From the IMG/VR virus record IMGVR_UViG_3300020577_004340, positions 1 to 64,000 of that record: a DNA stretch of 64,000 nucleotides; one strand, written 5' to 3'. Positions 11,301-20,908 of this stretch are shown one piece after another. The DNA is from a virus. Lineage: Duplodnaviria; Caudoviricetes. The notes under the pieces were generated by a model. That model did not search any database and was not told the origin of the DNA. It saw only the letters and a program-made list of their open reading frames with translations. Positions within the stretch are counted from its first letter, which is position 1. Each line of letters begins with the position of its first letter. The position numbers and the translations under genes were made by a program.

Positions 11301-13267
11301 TAAGTAGCTCTACTCAAATAAGTACTGAAATATCTGGTGCATTTACTACTATTTCAAGTAGTTTAGCTTCAGAAAAGTTAAATAAAGTAGGCTCAAATGT
11401 ATATTCAAGTTCAGCCCAAGTAAATTCTGTATTGGAAGATAGTGGTGTCACCTATATAACATTAAGGGAATATCATGGTGATCTAGCACCATTAGCTGGT
11501 AGCGTTCAAATATATAATAGTGGTTCTGTAATGTATTATCAAGATGCAACTGGCTCAAAGTTTCAAATGGGAGGGGTTGCTTCTGGAAGTGGTGTTGACT
11601 GGTTGGTAATAACAAATAAACCAGCTGGGTTATTATCTGGCTCAAATGGATTTCTAAGTTCATCAGCACAAATTGCAAGTGAAATATCTGGAGCATTTAC
11701 TTTAGTGTCAAGTAGCCTTGCAAGTGGTAAGTTAAATAGAATAGGTGACAACGTATATACCAGTTCAGCTCAATTACCATCAGGCATCATAAGTAGTTCG
11801 ACGCAAGTAAATTCAATTTTACAAGATCCAGGAGTTCAGTACACTACATATATAAATCAAAGTGCTGATCCAACACCAATACCAAATACGCTTCAAATTT
11901 TCAGTAGTGGCTCATCACTGTATTATCAAGATGGTACAGGATCAAATTTCCAAATTGGAGGCCCTGCAAGTGGAAGTGGAACTGATTGGTCAGTAATAAC
12001 TAATAAGCCTTCTGGACTTATATCATCTTCAGCGCAATTACCAAGTGGTTTAATTTCAGCATCTGCACAAATAAGTACTGAAATATCTGGAGCATTTACT
12101 TTAGTTAGTTCCAGTCTTGCAAGTGAAAAATTAAACAAAGTAGGTAGTGGAGTTTATTCAAGTTCCAATCAGTTACCTTCTGGAATTATAAGTAGCTCTA
12201 CTCAAATAGCAACCGACATTTCAGGTGCATTTACAAGTGTATCAAGTTCATTGGCATCTGAAAAGTTGAACAAGGTGGGTAGTGGAGTTTATTCATCATC
12301 TACACAATTACCAAGTGGACTTATATCATCTTCAGCACAATTACCAGCAAATTTATTATCTAGTTCAGCGCAAATAAGTACCGATATTTCAGGAGCATTT
12401 ACAAGCGTTTCAAGTAGCCTTGCATCAGAAAAACTTAATAAAGTTGGTAGTGGCGTTTATTCAAGTTCGGCACAATTACCAAGTGGAATTATAAGTGGGT
12501 CAAGCCAAATTGCATCAGAAATATCTGGGGCATTTACTTCAATTTCAAGTTCACTAGCATCTGAAAAGCTAGATAAAGTTGGTAGCGGAGTTTATTCATC
12601 TTCAACTCAATTACCTTCTGGAATTATAAGTGGATCAAGTCAATTACCAAGTGGATTGTTTTCAAGTTCTGCACAATTACCATCGGGCATAATTTCAAGT
12701 TCTGCCCAAATAAGTACTGATATTTCTGGTGCATTCACAACTGTATCTGCATCATTAGCTTCAGAAAAGTTAAACAAAATTGGTAGTGGTGTTTATTCAT
12801 CTTCAACTCAATTACCGAGTGGTATAATTAGTTCAAGTACTCAATTACCATCTGGACTTATAAGTTCAAGTACACAACTTCCAAGTGGAATTATAAGTAG
12901 CTCAACACAATTACCAAGTGGTATAATTTCAGGTGCAGCACAGTTGTTACCAAGAGTAAGTTCATCAGCAACCAATGCAACACCGATACCAAATGTAGAT
13001 ACAACTGATATATATACATTAACAGCACTGGCATCGGCAGCAACTTTTGGGGCACCTACTGGAACTGCAAACAACGGTGAAAAGTTAATAATAAGAATTA
13101 AAGATAATGGTGGGGCGCAGACAATTGGATGGAATGCAGCATATTCAGCAGCAGGTATACCATTACCAGTATCTACCACTGCAAGTAAAACTATGCATTG
13201 TGGATTTATGTATAATGCAGATAATGCATTGAATAAATGGGAATTAATAGCATTTTTAACAGCATAA
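8318..13267 (+). CDS. Giant virion fibre/baseplate protein with Ser-rich repeats
   Basis: Globular N-terminal ~640 aa, many QLPSGIISSS and QIxxEISGAFTxxSSSLASEKLNKVGS repeats, C-terminal fibre-tip-like domain (GEKLIIRIKDNG). Confidence 0.7.
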   Translation: MIQNQKFSSNISEFKRNIPYRDASVSSDSYFRLFDVPSRLFLGKNSFRIRINKDYVAPNSLIYIDILDSTGKPIYHEISSYLGEDDSRLVVVNIYENTPPGEATIMIAGRITYNVGTKQSLPYNNDETSFDFKDIPNLLWEKKVLVVPTVQNLEEIVYFAPPNINYKERTEVFNRLPLLNSRYVNFSGSATASISLKSTINPYQYSNSSKFNTSREVDRFVKDVDPEYTGDYLVSKQTQLPKYSELSTIFASGFEFIPSMVGGQLVIRNINDFLLVPSSSVSSIIPDFSCSIIEILDKTTAKIDNGFYAQVDGISYTSILNATNFTASYYTKDVTIQSQYSESFLELQFNQLEPVAGIVDTVKLSYKSFGSFGDFTTIGEFAIKEQNILVDSSSIVPTKLEIIEKPIGQLDDWTEYSTYWNIYKNPNFDLYYNFSQSISFESGVSLIFTASAALSTENGYLVYTNLKNAFRPIVNENTEYKLEISARVHQRPTSSLIDDARISQIDVYISGSSVISDIVHQPNIMAPIKSDSFGSYIGSITNNTGNTQLNSKLYFKTLSTANITPTFVVRSGQFWEIKDIKLIPRNESGYSPNQAKLQVPLNTFKTNTELILKAEYLNSAGRKSEYETRLIGVNFTGSGINQILRESNIISGSEQVRDILQGDGATYITLRDQHGDPSPLPGTVQIYNSGSVIYYQDETGSKYPLGGPASGSGGTDWSASGSGGTDWSAMTNKPAGLVSGSSQLASEISGAFTLVSASLSSDKLNKIGSGVYSSSTQLPSGIISSSTQLPANLLSSSVQIASDISGAFTLVSASLASEKLNKIGSNVYSSSTQLPSGIISSSAGFLSSSAQIASQISGAFTSVSSSLASEKLNKVGSNVYSSSNQLPSGLISSSAGLLSSSAQISSDISGAFTLVSSSLASEKLNKVGSNVYSSSNQLPSGIISSSVGFLSSSAQISTDISGAFNSISSSLASEKLNKVGSNVYSSSNQLPSGIISSSTQISTEISGAFTTISSSLASEKLNKVGSNVYSSSAQVNSVLEDSGVTYITLREYHGDLAPLAGSVQIYNSGSVMYYQDATGSKFQMGGVASGSGVDWLVITNKPAGLLSGSNGFLSSSAQIASEISGAFTLVSSSLASGKLNRIGDNVYTSSAQLPSGIISSSTQVNSILQDPGVQYTTYINQSADPTPIPNTLQIFSSGSSLYYQDGTGSNFQIGGPASGSGTDWSVITNKPSGLISSSAQLPSGLISASAQISTEISGAFTLVSSSLASEKLNKVGSGVYSSSNQLPSGIISSSTQIATDISGAFTSVSSSLASEKLNKVGSGVYSSSTQLPSGLISSSAQLPANLLSSSAQISTDISGAFTSVSSSLASEKLNKVGSGVYSSSAQLPSGIISGSSQIASEISGAFTSISSSLASEKLDKVGSGVYSSSTQLPSGIISGSSQLPSGLFSSSAQLPSGIISSSAQISTDISGAFTTVSASLASEKLNKIGSGVYSSSTQLPSGIISSSTQLPSGLISSSTQLPSGIISSSTQLPSGIISGAAQLLPRVSSSATNATPIPNVDTTDIYTLTALASAATFGAPTGTANNGEKLIIRIKDNGGAQTIGWNAAYSAAGIPLPVSTTASKTMHCGFMYNADNALNKWELIAFLTA
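10441..10500 (+). repeat. Perfect 30-bp tandem duplication (in frame, ASGSGGTDWS x2)
   Basis: agcatcaggtagtggtggaactgattggtc at 10441-10470 and 10471-10500. Confidence 0.95.
10520..12940 (+). repeat. Degenerate Ser-rich coding repeat array
   Basis: Repeated ~10-aa (QLPSGIISSS) and ~35-aa (SSAQIxxxISGAFTxxSSSLASEKLNKVGSxVYSSS) units, plus three ~70-aa VQIYNSGS/YYQD-x-TGS modules in and around the array. Confidence 0.9.
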
Positions 13268-13279
13268 TAAAAATTTTAA

Positions 13280-15793
13280 ATGGCAACATTATTTAGTAAA
13301 GCAACGGGAAATTTCACAGCAGCTGCGACATGGGGTGTGGTGAATGCCACAATGTTTAATGCATCCGAAACAACAACAACTGCATTGACAACATCGTTTG
13401 TAGGCGCAACTACTTATACTCCAGGTGCCATAACAATTACTCATATAGGTGTTAAATTATCGGTTAGAACTGGTACAACTGGAACGATGTCAGTTAGGTT
13501 AGCACAAGGTGGGGTAGCAGTTGCAGGTACCACAGTAACTATAAATGTGGCTGATTTACCAGTAGCGGCAACAGCAGATTTAAATGGTGGGTGGATATTT
13601 TTTAAATTGGCAGCCCCAGTCACGCTATTAGCAGCAACTACATATTCAGTTCAAGCAAGAACCTCAAGTGCCTCACAAGTAAGTTTAAGGTCAACAGCAA
13701 CAAGTAACTGGGCAGTGGCATTGGTCACAACCACAACAGCAGCACCCGCAGCATCGGACAATTTCATTATTGGCGGCGAATATATAAGTGCTGGGTCATC
13801 CAACTCATTTACAGTGACAATGGATAATACTGCCACAACAGATTTTGGATCAGCACCAACAGCAGCCAATTCATTGTTAACTCCTGGAATTGCAATTGGG
13901 TCTAAAGGTACATTGGAATGGGGAACATCAGCTGCAACTGCTTACTATATGAGAATGTCAAACAGCATAATTGTATATACTGGTGGTACATTGAACATGG
14001 GTACATCTGGAACACCATGTCCACGAGATAGTACAATGACGTTGTTTTTGGATATGGATTCTAGCGGTGATTATGGTATTGTGGTTAGGAATTTGGGTAC
14101 CATGAACACATATGGTCAGAGTAGAACGTCTGGAAAAGACGTGTATTACTGTAAATTAAATGCAAATCAACAACCTAGTGCGAGTGTTTTAAATGTAGAT
14201 ACTGATACTGGGTGGCTAGATACTGATTATATAGGAGTTGCAAATACAACAATTAACGAAACAGCGGTTAATGCTATACTAAGTGGGTCGGCAACTTCAA
14301 GTACATTAATTGTTACAGGATCTAGTGCATACAGCGGATCAATTGAAAAACCTCGTATGGGAACCCCACCGATGGAGGCCGATGTAATTTTGTTGACTAG
14401 AAATGTGTCAATTACAGCGCAAAGTGGTGGATGTCAAATGTATATAAAAGTTGATGCCACGTCAACTGTAACATTTCAATGGACATCTTTTCAATATTTT
14501 AATAGTGGTGCAAACAAAGAAGGGATTCGAATTGAAACCACCACTGGGACATTTACTTGCAATTATTGCTCATTTTACAATACGGTAACCGTTTGTTGGT
14601 ATGTTGCATCAACGACAGCAACTTTAATTACGATAACTAATAATGTAGCAATGGCAGTCAATGTTTATATATTATATGTAGCATCTGGCACATCAAATGT
14701 CATGTTTTCCAACAATATATATATAGGAACAAATAGCCAATCTGCTGGTACAATTAACATAAATAGTCCAAATGTAACCATGACAAATAATATTCTTGTT
14801 GGTGGTACGTCAAATACTGGAATTTTAGTGTTTAATTCCAAAATGAATTGGTCGGGTGGTAAAATATATTGCGGTGGTGGACCAGCACTCAATTTACCAT
14901 CAACTCTACTCACTGGATCATTTGTTAGTTGCTCGATGTGGAGAAACCTAGCAGGTGGACCCGCTATTGCTGGTGGTATAGTCATAGCATCATCGACTAT
15001 ACCAGTGCAAAGAAACATCTATATAGGTGCTTGTACGTTGTTTGGGAATGGTACTGCCAACATTGCAACGACAACTAATTACTATGGAGTTACATTTGAT
15101 GGTATAGTATCAAACAATGATGCAACTGCATCAACTCCAACTGGCATCGTTATTCCAACAAGTCTTCAACCAGTCAATATACTAAATTCTACATTCAGTT
15201 CCGCATCTGGTCACCGAACAGTTCATACAAATGATTTATCTATTAATGCATCGTGTATTCCACAAATCATTTGCCAAAATACTAGTTTTAACAGTACGAA
15301 CGGTATTCCTTCAATGTCGTTGTTCCATCCATTATCATATATAGCATCCCAAAGAAATGGCGGAGTTGTGAATAGTCATGTGTTATATAAAAAATACGGT
15401 AAAATACGAATATCATCAGGTACAGTGCATTCTGGGTCAACTAGCTTACAATTACAACCTAACAGCGCATCAAATAAATTAGAATCTTCTGGATTATATG
15501 GTGGATTCAAAGTACCAATAAGTTCTGGACAATATTGCTCACCTACAGCATATGTATATGAAGATAGTGCATATAATGGTAGTAGGGCTAGGTTAATTGT
15601 AAAGCGAAATGGCGCATTGGGAATAGAAGAGTCGGTTCTAATGACAGCAACTGCTGGGTCTGATTTGGCTTGGCAAGGATTATCTGGCAGTACAGCAGTA
15701 GTTTCCGATTCAGGAGTATTGGAATTTGTAATTGATTGTGATGGAACAGCTGGTAATTTATATGTAGATACCTTTTCAGCAACATTAACATAG
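13280..15793 (+). CDS. Beta-rich virion protein, G8-like domain plus parallel beta-helix (possible receptor-binding/depolymerase)
   Basis: IIVYTGGTLNMG and ADVILLTRNV resemble G8-associated motifs, followed by ITNN/FSNN/MTNN beta-helix rungs. Confidence 0.55.
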   Translation: MATLFSKATGNFTAAATWGVVNATMFNASETTTTALTTSFVGATTYTPGAITITHIGVKLSVRTGTTGTMSVRLAQGGVAVAGTTVTINVADLPVAATADLNGGWIFFKLAAPVTLLAATTYSVQARTSSASQVSLRSTATSNWAVALVTTTTAAPAASDNFIIGGEYISAGSSNSFTVTMDNTATTDFGSAPTAANSLLTPGIAIGSKGTLEWGTSAATAYYMRMSNSIIVYTGGTLNMGTSGTPCPRDSTMTLFLDMDSSGDYGIVVRNLGTMNTYGQSRTSGKDVYYCKLNANQQPSASVLNVDTDTGWLDTDYIGVANTTINETAVNAILSGSATSSTLIVTGSSAYSGSIEKPRMGTPPMEADVILLTRNVSITAQSGGCQMYIKVDATSTVTFQWTSFQYFNSGANKEGIRIETTTGTFTCNYCSFYNTVTVCWYVASTTATLITITNNVAMAVNVYILYVASGTSNVMFSNNIYIGTNSQSAGTININSPNVTMTNNILVGGTSNTGILVFNSKMNWSGGKIYCGGGPALNLPSTLLTGSFVSCSMWRNLAGGPAIAGGIVIASSTIPVQRNIYIGACTLFGNGTANIATTTNYYGVTFDGIVSNNDATASTPTGIVIPTSLQPVNILNSTFSSASGHRTVHTNDLSINASCIPQIICQNTSFNSTNGIPSMSLFHPLSYIASQRNGGVVNSHVLYKKYGKIRISSGTVHSGSTSLQLQPNSASNKLESSGLYGGFKVPISSGQYCSPTAYVYEDSAYNGSRARLIVKRNGALGIEESVLMTATAGSDLAWQGLSGSTAVVSDSGVLEFVIDCDGTAGNLYVDTFSATLT

Positions 15794-15800
15794 GAAACTG

Positions 15801-15977
15801 ATGATAAATACGTTTACATATTGGGATAACGGATTTCCAATTGGATTAGAAGATGCAGATAATATAAATCACATGATATATTGGGATAATGGGTTTCCAT
15901 TTATTTACATCTCATCTATAATACCACCGCCATCAACAATAGTTCCAAACTATTCAAAATTCTTTTTCTTTTTTTAA
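15801..15977 (+). CDS. Small protein (58 aa) with YWDNGFP x2 and C-terminal FFFFF, not in ORF track
   Basis: ATG 15801 to TAA 15977, AGGA upstream, internal peptide repeat. Confidence 0.65.
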   Translation: MINTFTYWDNGFPIGLEDADNINHMIYWDNGFPFIYISSIIPPPSTIVPNYSKFFFFF

Positions 15978-15992
15978 CATATTTATTGATAT

Positions 15993-16326
15993 ATGGAATA
16001 TTTAAATTGGGAAGATCCTAGATTAGGTACGTGGGATTCACTAACAGATAATTGGGAAGCAGTTTTAATTGAAGAAATTGTAGATCAATCCATTAGGTCT
16101 GGAATTCCAATTGAAAGTGTTCTACAACAACTACCACCAGAAAAAACTAAAAAACTATTAAAGATTCTAGTTACGGTTAATGGTGAAGAGTATGTGGAAC
16201 AAAAATATAAAAATCAGAATAGAATATATATATCAGTAAGTGATTTCAAACAGATTGCAACTAATACATATATCAGTAAGTGATTTCAAACAGATTGCTG
16301 CTGCATATAATATTGAGGTGATATAA
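15993..16326 (+). CDS. Hypothetical protein, 3' end disrupted by a 40-bp insertion
   Basis: Track ORF stops at 16283. Removing the 40-bp duplication gives ...FKQIAAAYNIEVI-TAA overlapping the next ATG (TAATG at 16324-16328). Confidence 0.6.
16228..16298 (+). repeat. 31-bp direct repeat with 9-bp spacer (40-bp period)
   Basis: atatatcagtaagtgatttcaaacagattgc at 16228-16258 and 16268-16298. Confidence 0.95.
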
Positions 16327-16877
16327 TGAAAATTTATTTGGATGAAAGTAAATTATTTAAATGTAAACTAAAAGTTGAAGGTACTACATTAAGTAAATCT
16401 AAATGTAGATTACTAGTAAAATCAAATGACTTAACATTAATGTATGAAGGTAAAATACATGATAACGGTGAAGTTGAAGTATCCATACCAAAATTAAAAC
16501 GATATATTGAATCAAAAAATGGAATGGCTACATTAGAAGTAATTGCTGATGATACAGTATTTACACCATATACAGAAACAATAGAGTTTGCGAATAAATA
16601 TGTGGTGGAAGTAATTGGGGAAGAAAAAACAAAAATTAATAAACCAGTGATTAGCGTAACACATGTAGCAACAAAACAAACGCCTGTAAAAACTACATTC
16701 CAAAAACCATTAAGTGAATTGATATATAATATTAGTAAGAAAAATATTACTATTGAAAATATTAATAAAAATGGAAAAACTATTCGTACTTTATTAGAAT
16801 CTACAATGAGAAAATATAAACTTAATGTAGATTTTATTGAATATGCAATTAAAAATATACCGAAATATTTGAAATAA
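16326..16877 (+). CDS. Hypothetical protein with beta-sandwich-like N-domain, probable virion protein
   Basis: Beta-strand pattern, LEVIADDTVFTP; context among fibre genes. Confidence 0.5.
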   Translation: MKIYLDESKLFKCKLKVEGTTLSKSKCRLLVKSNDLTLMYEGKIHDNGEVEVSIPKLKRYIESKNGMATLEVIADDTVFTPYTETIEFANKYVVEVIGEEKTKINKPVISVTHVATKQTPVKTTFQKPLSELIYNISKKNITIENINKNGKTIRTLLESTMRKYKLNVDFIEYAIKNIPKYLK

Positions 16878-18373
16878 TGAATATATATGATTTAACTGGA
16901 CAAGAAGTTTCTAAAACGTATTACAGAGTAGTTCAGGTAATATCTGGTTCGCTATATGATGGACTTGGAAATGCAATTGCACTCAATGTATCAGGTACGG
17001 TTGACTATAATAATATACTCAATGTACCTAGTGGAATTATTAGTGGTTCCAATCAATTACCATCTGGGTTAATTTCAAGTTCAACCCAACTTCCAAGTGG
17101 TTTAATATCTAGCTCAAATGGATTTATAAGTTCAAGTGCCCAAATAAGTACTGAAATATCTGGAGCATTCACATCTATTTCAAGTAGTTTGGCAGCTGGA
17201 AAATTGGATAAACTAAACAATAATGTTTACTCTTCATCCAACCAATTACCACCAAACCTACTTAGTTCAAGTATTCAGATAAGTACTGATATTTCAGGCG
17301 CATTTAATTCAATTTCCAGTAGTATTTCAACTGATAAGCTGAATGTAATTGGTTCAAATGTATATTCTTCTTCAATTCAGCTTCCGTCTGGAATTATTAG
17401 TTCAAGTACCCAATTACCTAGTGGGTTAATATCAAGTTCAGTTGGAATTTTAATTGGATCCAATGTATATTCATCATCCAATCAATTACCGTCTGGATTA
17501 ATATCAAGTTCAAATGGATTTTTAAGTTCGTCAGCACAAATAAGTACTGATATATCAGGAGCATTCACAACTATATCTAGTAGTCTAGCTTCTGACAAAT
17601 TAAATAGAATTGGTGACAGTGTTTATTCATCATCAACTCAATTACCAAATGGGATTATAAGCAGTTCCACGCAGCTACCTAATGGATTGATATCTAGTTC
17701 AGCTGGATTTATTAGTTCAAGTAATCAAATATCCAATGAAATATCTGGTGCTTTTACTTCCGCCAGTGCATCAATAGCTTCTGAAAAATTGAACAAAGTC
17801 GGATCTAATGTGTATTCTAGTTCAGTACAGTTACCGACTGGAATTATAAGTAGTTCTAATCAATTACCGAGTGGAATAATTTCTAGTTCTACTCAATTGC
17901 CATCAGGTATAATTTCTAGTTCAAATGGATTTATAAGTGCATCATCACAGATTGCATCAGACATATCAGGATCCATTGGAAATTTCAGTTCAAGTGTTGC
18001 AACACAACTAAATACAATCAACACAAAATTAACTGATTCATTTGGTATAGTTATAGCTGGTGGAAATTCAGTTCTAACTACTGGATCAAAAAACATTTCT
18101 AGAATGAAAAATGATGGGATATTGATTGCGTATCAAATGGATTCATATGTAATTGGAAGTGTCACCCCATTAACTGGTTCAATTGAAATTGATGTTCAGA
18201 GAAATGGTGTAACGATGGGTACAGCTTCTATGTCAGCAACCGCATCAATTCTAAATACTACCTTAACTGAATGGCATACTACATTGAATAAGTACGATGA
18301 GATGAGATATTCAGTCAAATCAAATAGCGAAATTAAAAATATTACATTAACATTATTTTACAATATAAATTAA
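16877..18373 (+). CDS. Second Ser-rich repeat fibre protein
   Basis: Same QLPSGIISSS / ISGAFT repeats as 8318-13267; different N- and C-terminal domains. Confidence 0.7.
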   Translation: MNIYDLTGQEVSKTYYRVVQVISGSLYDGLGNAIALNVSGTVDYNNILNVPSGIISGSNQLPSGLISSSTQLPSGLISSSNGFISSSAQISTEISGAFTSISSSLAAGKLDKLNNNVYSSSNQLPPNLLSSSIQISTDISGAFNSISSSISTDKLNVIGSNVYSSSIQLPSGIISSSTQLPSGLISSSVGILIGSNVYSSSNQLPSGLISSSNGFLSSSAQISTDISGAFTTISSSLASDKLNRIGDSVYSSSTQLPNGIISSSTQLPNGLISSSAGFISSSNQISNEISGAFTSASASIASEKLNKVGSNVYSSSVQLPTGIISSSNQLPSGIISSSTQLPSGIISSSNGFISASSQIASDISGSIGNFSSSVATQLNTINTKLTDSFGIVIAGGNSVLTTGSKNISRMKNDGILIAYQMDSYVIGSVTPLTGSIEIDVQRNGVTMGTASMSATASILNTTLTEWHTTLNKYDEMRYSVKSNSEIKNITLTLFYNIN

Positions 18374-18376
18374 TAT

Positions 18377-20737
18377 ATGGCTAAATCAGCAGTAGAACAT
18401 ACATTTACAGGAACGACATCAAGTGGGTCATACGATTCTACAGTAACTATGATTGGATCATTATTCACTCAATTCACTGGTGCTACGCCAAATGATAAAT
18501 ATATAAGTGCTAATCCACCAGTTTTGATAAATATGACAGAATTGGCTGGATTTACATTTTATTCACCCCATGTTGTTCAGTGGTCGAGTAATATATTTTG
18601 GATATTTGCACCAACCAATGCCGCAGCAGCAGTCACTAGAAATATTGGATTATTTGAATATAATAAGTCAGCCAATTCTATAACGTGGAAGGGGTATATT
18701 ACATTGAGTGGTACGACAATTGCAGGGGCAAAAACGTTAAGAGCCTTGCGTGGTTATGTGTATACCCATACCACTGGTACATTAAGTACATCTGGAAGTT
18801 CAACTACATTAACTGGTTCATCGACATTGTTCCAGACGGACAGAATTGCAGTAGGTGCTAGAATTGGATTTAATACAACTGATCCAACAGCGGTGACAAC
18901 TTGGTATGAAATAACAGCAATTGCAAGTAATACATCGTTAACCATATCGGCACCAGTAAATTTATCAGCTGGTACATCTTATGTAATTGAAGAAATTCGA
19001 ATTATTACATCTGCTACAAATGCCACGTTATATAATGGGGGAATCCATATAATCAAAGGATTGAATTATGGAACATTTCAATTAGGTGGTACTGTAATTG
19101 CAGAAGCAACTTCAACTGATAATGTTAGAGCATCATATTTATGCCGTGATGTTAATACCAGTACATTTACAGTAACAATTGCCAGTCCAGGGGTATTCAC
19201 TGTCAGTTCACATCCATTTACAACTGGAGATCCAGTAGCATTTTCAACAACTGGTGCATTACCAACAGGTATAGTTGCCAACACGATATATTATGTTACA
19301 GCTACGTCATTAGAAACAAACACGTTAACAGTATCAGCAACACTTGGAGGTGCTGCAATCAACACAACTGGTGGGCAATCTGGCGTACATACTATATATA
19401 GTGCTGGACTGTTGGCTAATATGGGAATTGCAGGGGATGATTATGTTTCAGCTACTTCACATGACCTATACTTTTTGAATTTGGACAATGCAACATCAGT
19501 TAGAATGCATAGATTTAATATGAGAGCTGCATTAACTGTAACTGCTGGTATTGCTATTGGAATGTGGACTTATAAAACAGCCATACAAACAATTGTAGGT
19601 ACAGCCCAACAAGTTGGTAACGGTAGAATATTTTCAGTTGCACATGGTTCGGCATCTGGAATTAAATCTTTTTATTTCGTAACAACAACTAGGGTATACA
19701 GATGTGTATTATCAGATATTACTAGTTTAGGGACATCGTGGTTATCCGATTTTATGTTGGAAAATCCACCAGGTACAATTACAGCTAATTTAGCAACTGC
19801 TGCAATGGTTCAAGTTGATTATTCAAGTACAATTGACAGATTGCTGATTAGCACTACATTGGCTGGTAAACATGGAGTTTATGTAGCTAGATACAATACA
19901 GCATCTCCACAATTTGAAAAGATTTTCGGTCAGATCTCAAATAGAACAAAACTAACAACTACACCATCAGGGGCACCCGATGCATTCTTCAATCCAGCAG
20001 CATTATCCATGTGGACTGAAGCTGGATATTTATTTGCAATGCCAAATATCACAACGACTGGTTTAAATTGGTTGGGGGTTATGCCAATTGGAATTGATGG
20101 ATATTATGCAGCCACATCAGGCCAGTCTATAATTACTCCAAAAATGGCAACAACGAATGCAAGTCAACTATATAGATTATATGTTCATACCAATCAATAT
20201 GTAGGTGATTTCAATTTGGGTTATACACCAGAACCAATACGAACGTATTATAGAACAAGTGGAATTGATGATGACAGTGGAACGTGGACTGAAACAATAA
20301 GTGGTGATCTATCAAATGCCACTCCAGGAACTCATATTCAAGGTAAATTGGAACTTGATATATTAGGTGAATTATGTATACCAAGGAGAGTCTATTCAGT
20401 TAGCTGTACATTTGAAGATAATACATCTATCAGTAATTATTTACCATCAGCCGATTTATCAGACAAAACCACAAAGACGTTTGCTTGGAAATTCAGAACA
20501 TCATTTGGAGGAACAGTACCTACACTTAGGATAAGATTATACAATGCAATTACCAATTCATTATTAGATGATGATGACAGCGTAACTAGATCTGGTACAT
20601 GGGAAAAAACAACGGATGGTACAAATTGGGTCACGTATAATTCAACTGATAAATCGAATGAAACTACATTCATAAGATTTACACCAAATTCTATTCCAGA
20701 TAATATTCAAGTGAGGGCAGTGATAACATTATTATGA
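18377..20737 (+). CDS. Beta-rich virion appendage protein
   Basis: Thr/Gly-rich; HPFTTGDPVAFSTTGALPTGIVANTIYYV module typical of phage tail proteins. Confidence 0.55.
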   Translation: MAKSAVEHTFTGTTSSGSYDSTVTMIGSLFTQFTGATPNDKYISANPPVLINMTELAGFTFYSPHVVQWSSNIFWIFAPTNAAAAVTRNIGLFEYNKSANSITWKGYITLSGTTIAGAKTLRALRGYVYTHTTGTLSTSGSSTTLTGSSTLFQTDRIAVGARIGFNTTDPTAVTTWYEITAIASNTSLTISAPVNLSAGTSYVIEEIRIITSATNATLYNGGIHIIKGLNYGTFQLGGTVIAEATSTDNVRASYLCRDVNTSTFTVTIASPGVFTVSSHPFTTGDPVAFSTTGALPTGIVANTIYYVTATSLETNTLTVSATLGGAAINTTGGQSGVHTIYSAGLLANMGIAGDDYVSATSHDLYFLNLDNATSVRMHRFNMRAALTVTAGIAIGMWTYKTAIQTIVGTAQQVGNGRIFSVAHGSASGIKSFYFVTTTRVYRCVLSDITSLGTSWLSDFMLENPPGTITANLATAAMVQVDYSSTIDRLLISTTLAGKHGVYVARYNTASPQFEKIFGQISNRTKLTTTPSGAPDAFFNPAALSMWTEAGYLFAMPNITTTGLNWLGVMPIGIDGYYAATSGQSIITPKMATTNASQLYRLYVHTNQYVGDFNLGYTPEPIRTYYRTSGIDDDSGTWTETISGDLSNATPGTHIQGKLELDILGELCIPRRVYSVSCTFEDNTSISNYLPSADLSDKTTKTFAWKFRTSFGGTVPTLRIRLYNAITNSLLDDDDSVTRSGTWEKTTDGTNWVTYNSTDKSNETTFIRFTPNSIPDNIQVRAVITLL

Positions 20738-20886
20738 TAGATAATATGATTTTTGATACTATTGATGGGTTTGTTTTAGACTTGGATGATACCAACACTG
20801 GTGCCGCTGAAAGTATATTATACGATACATTCATGCAGCATTTTACCCTTGAAGTTGGACAAAGTGAAGTATCTTATACATTTTAA
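20734..20886 (+). CDS. Small acidic protein (50 aa) ending EVSYTF, not in ORF track
   Basis: ATGA overlap with the previous stop; TAA at 20884-20886. Confidence 0.6.
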   Translation: MIDNMIFDTIDGFVLDLDDTNTGAAESILYDTFMQHFTLEVGQSEVSYTF

Positions 20887-20908
20887 TATATATTGAATAA
20901 AAGGTTAC

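Noticed and set aside
10520-12940. Possible CRISPR array or DGR template/variable repeats
   Set aside because: Repeats are in-frame coding units varying mostly at synonymous positions; no constant repeat with unique spacers, no adenine-specific pattern, no reverse transcriptase or cas gene.
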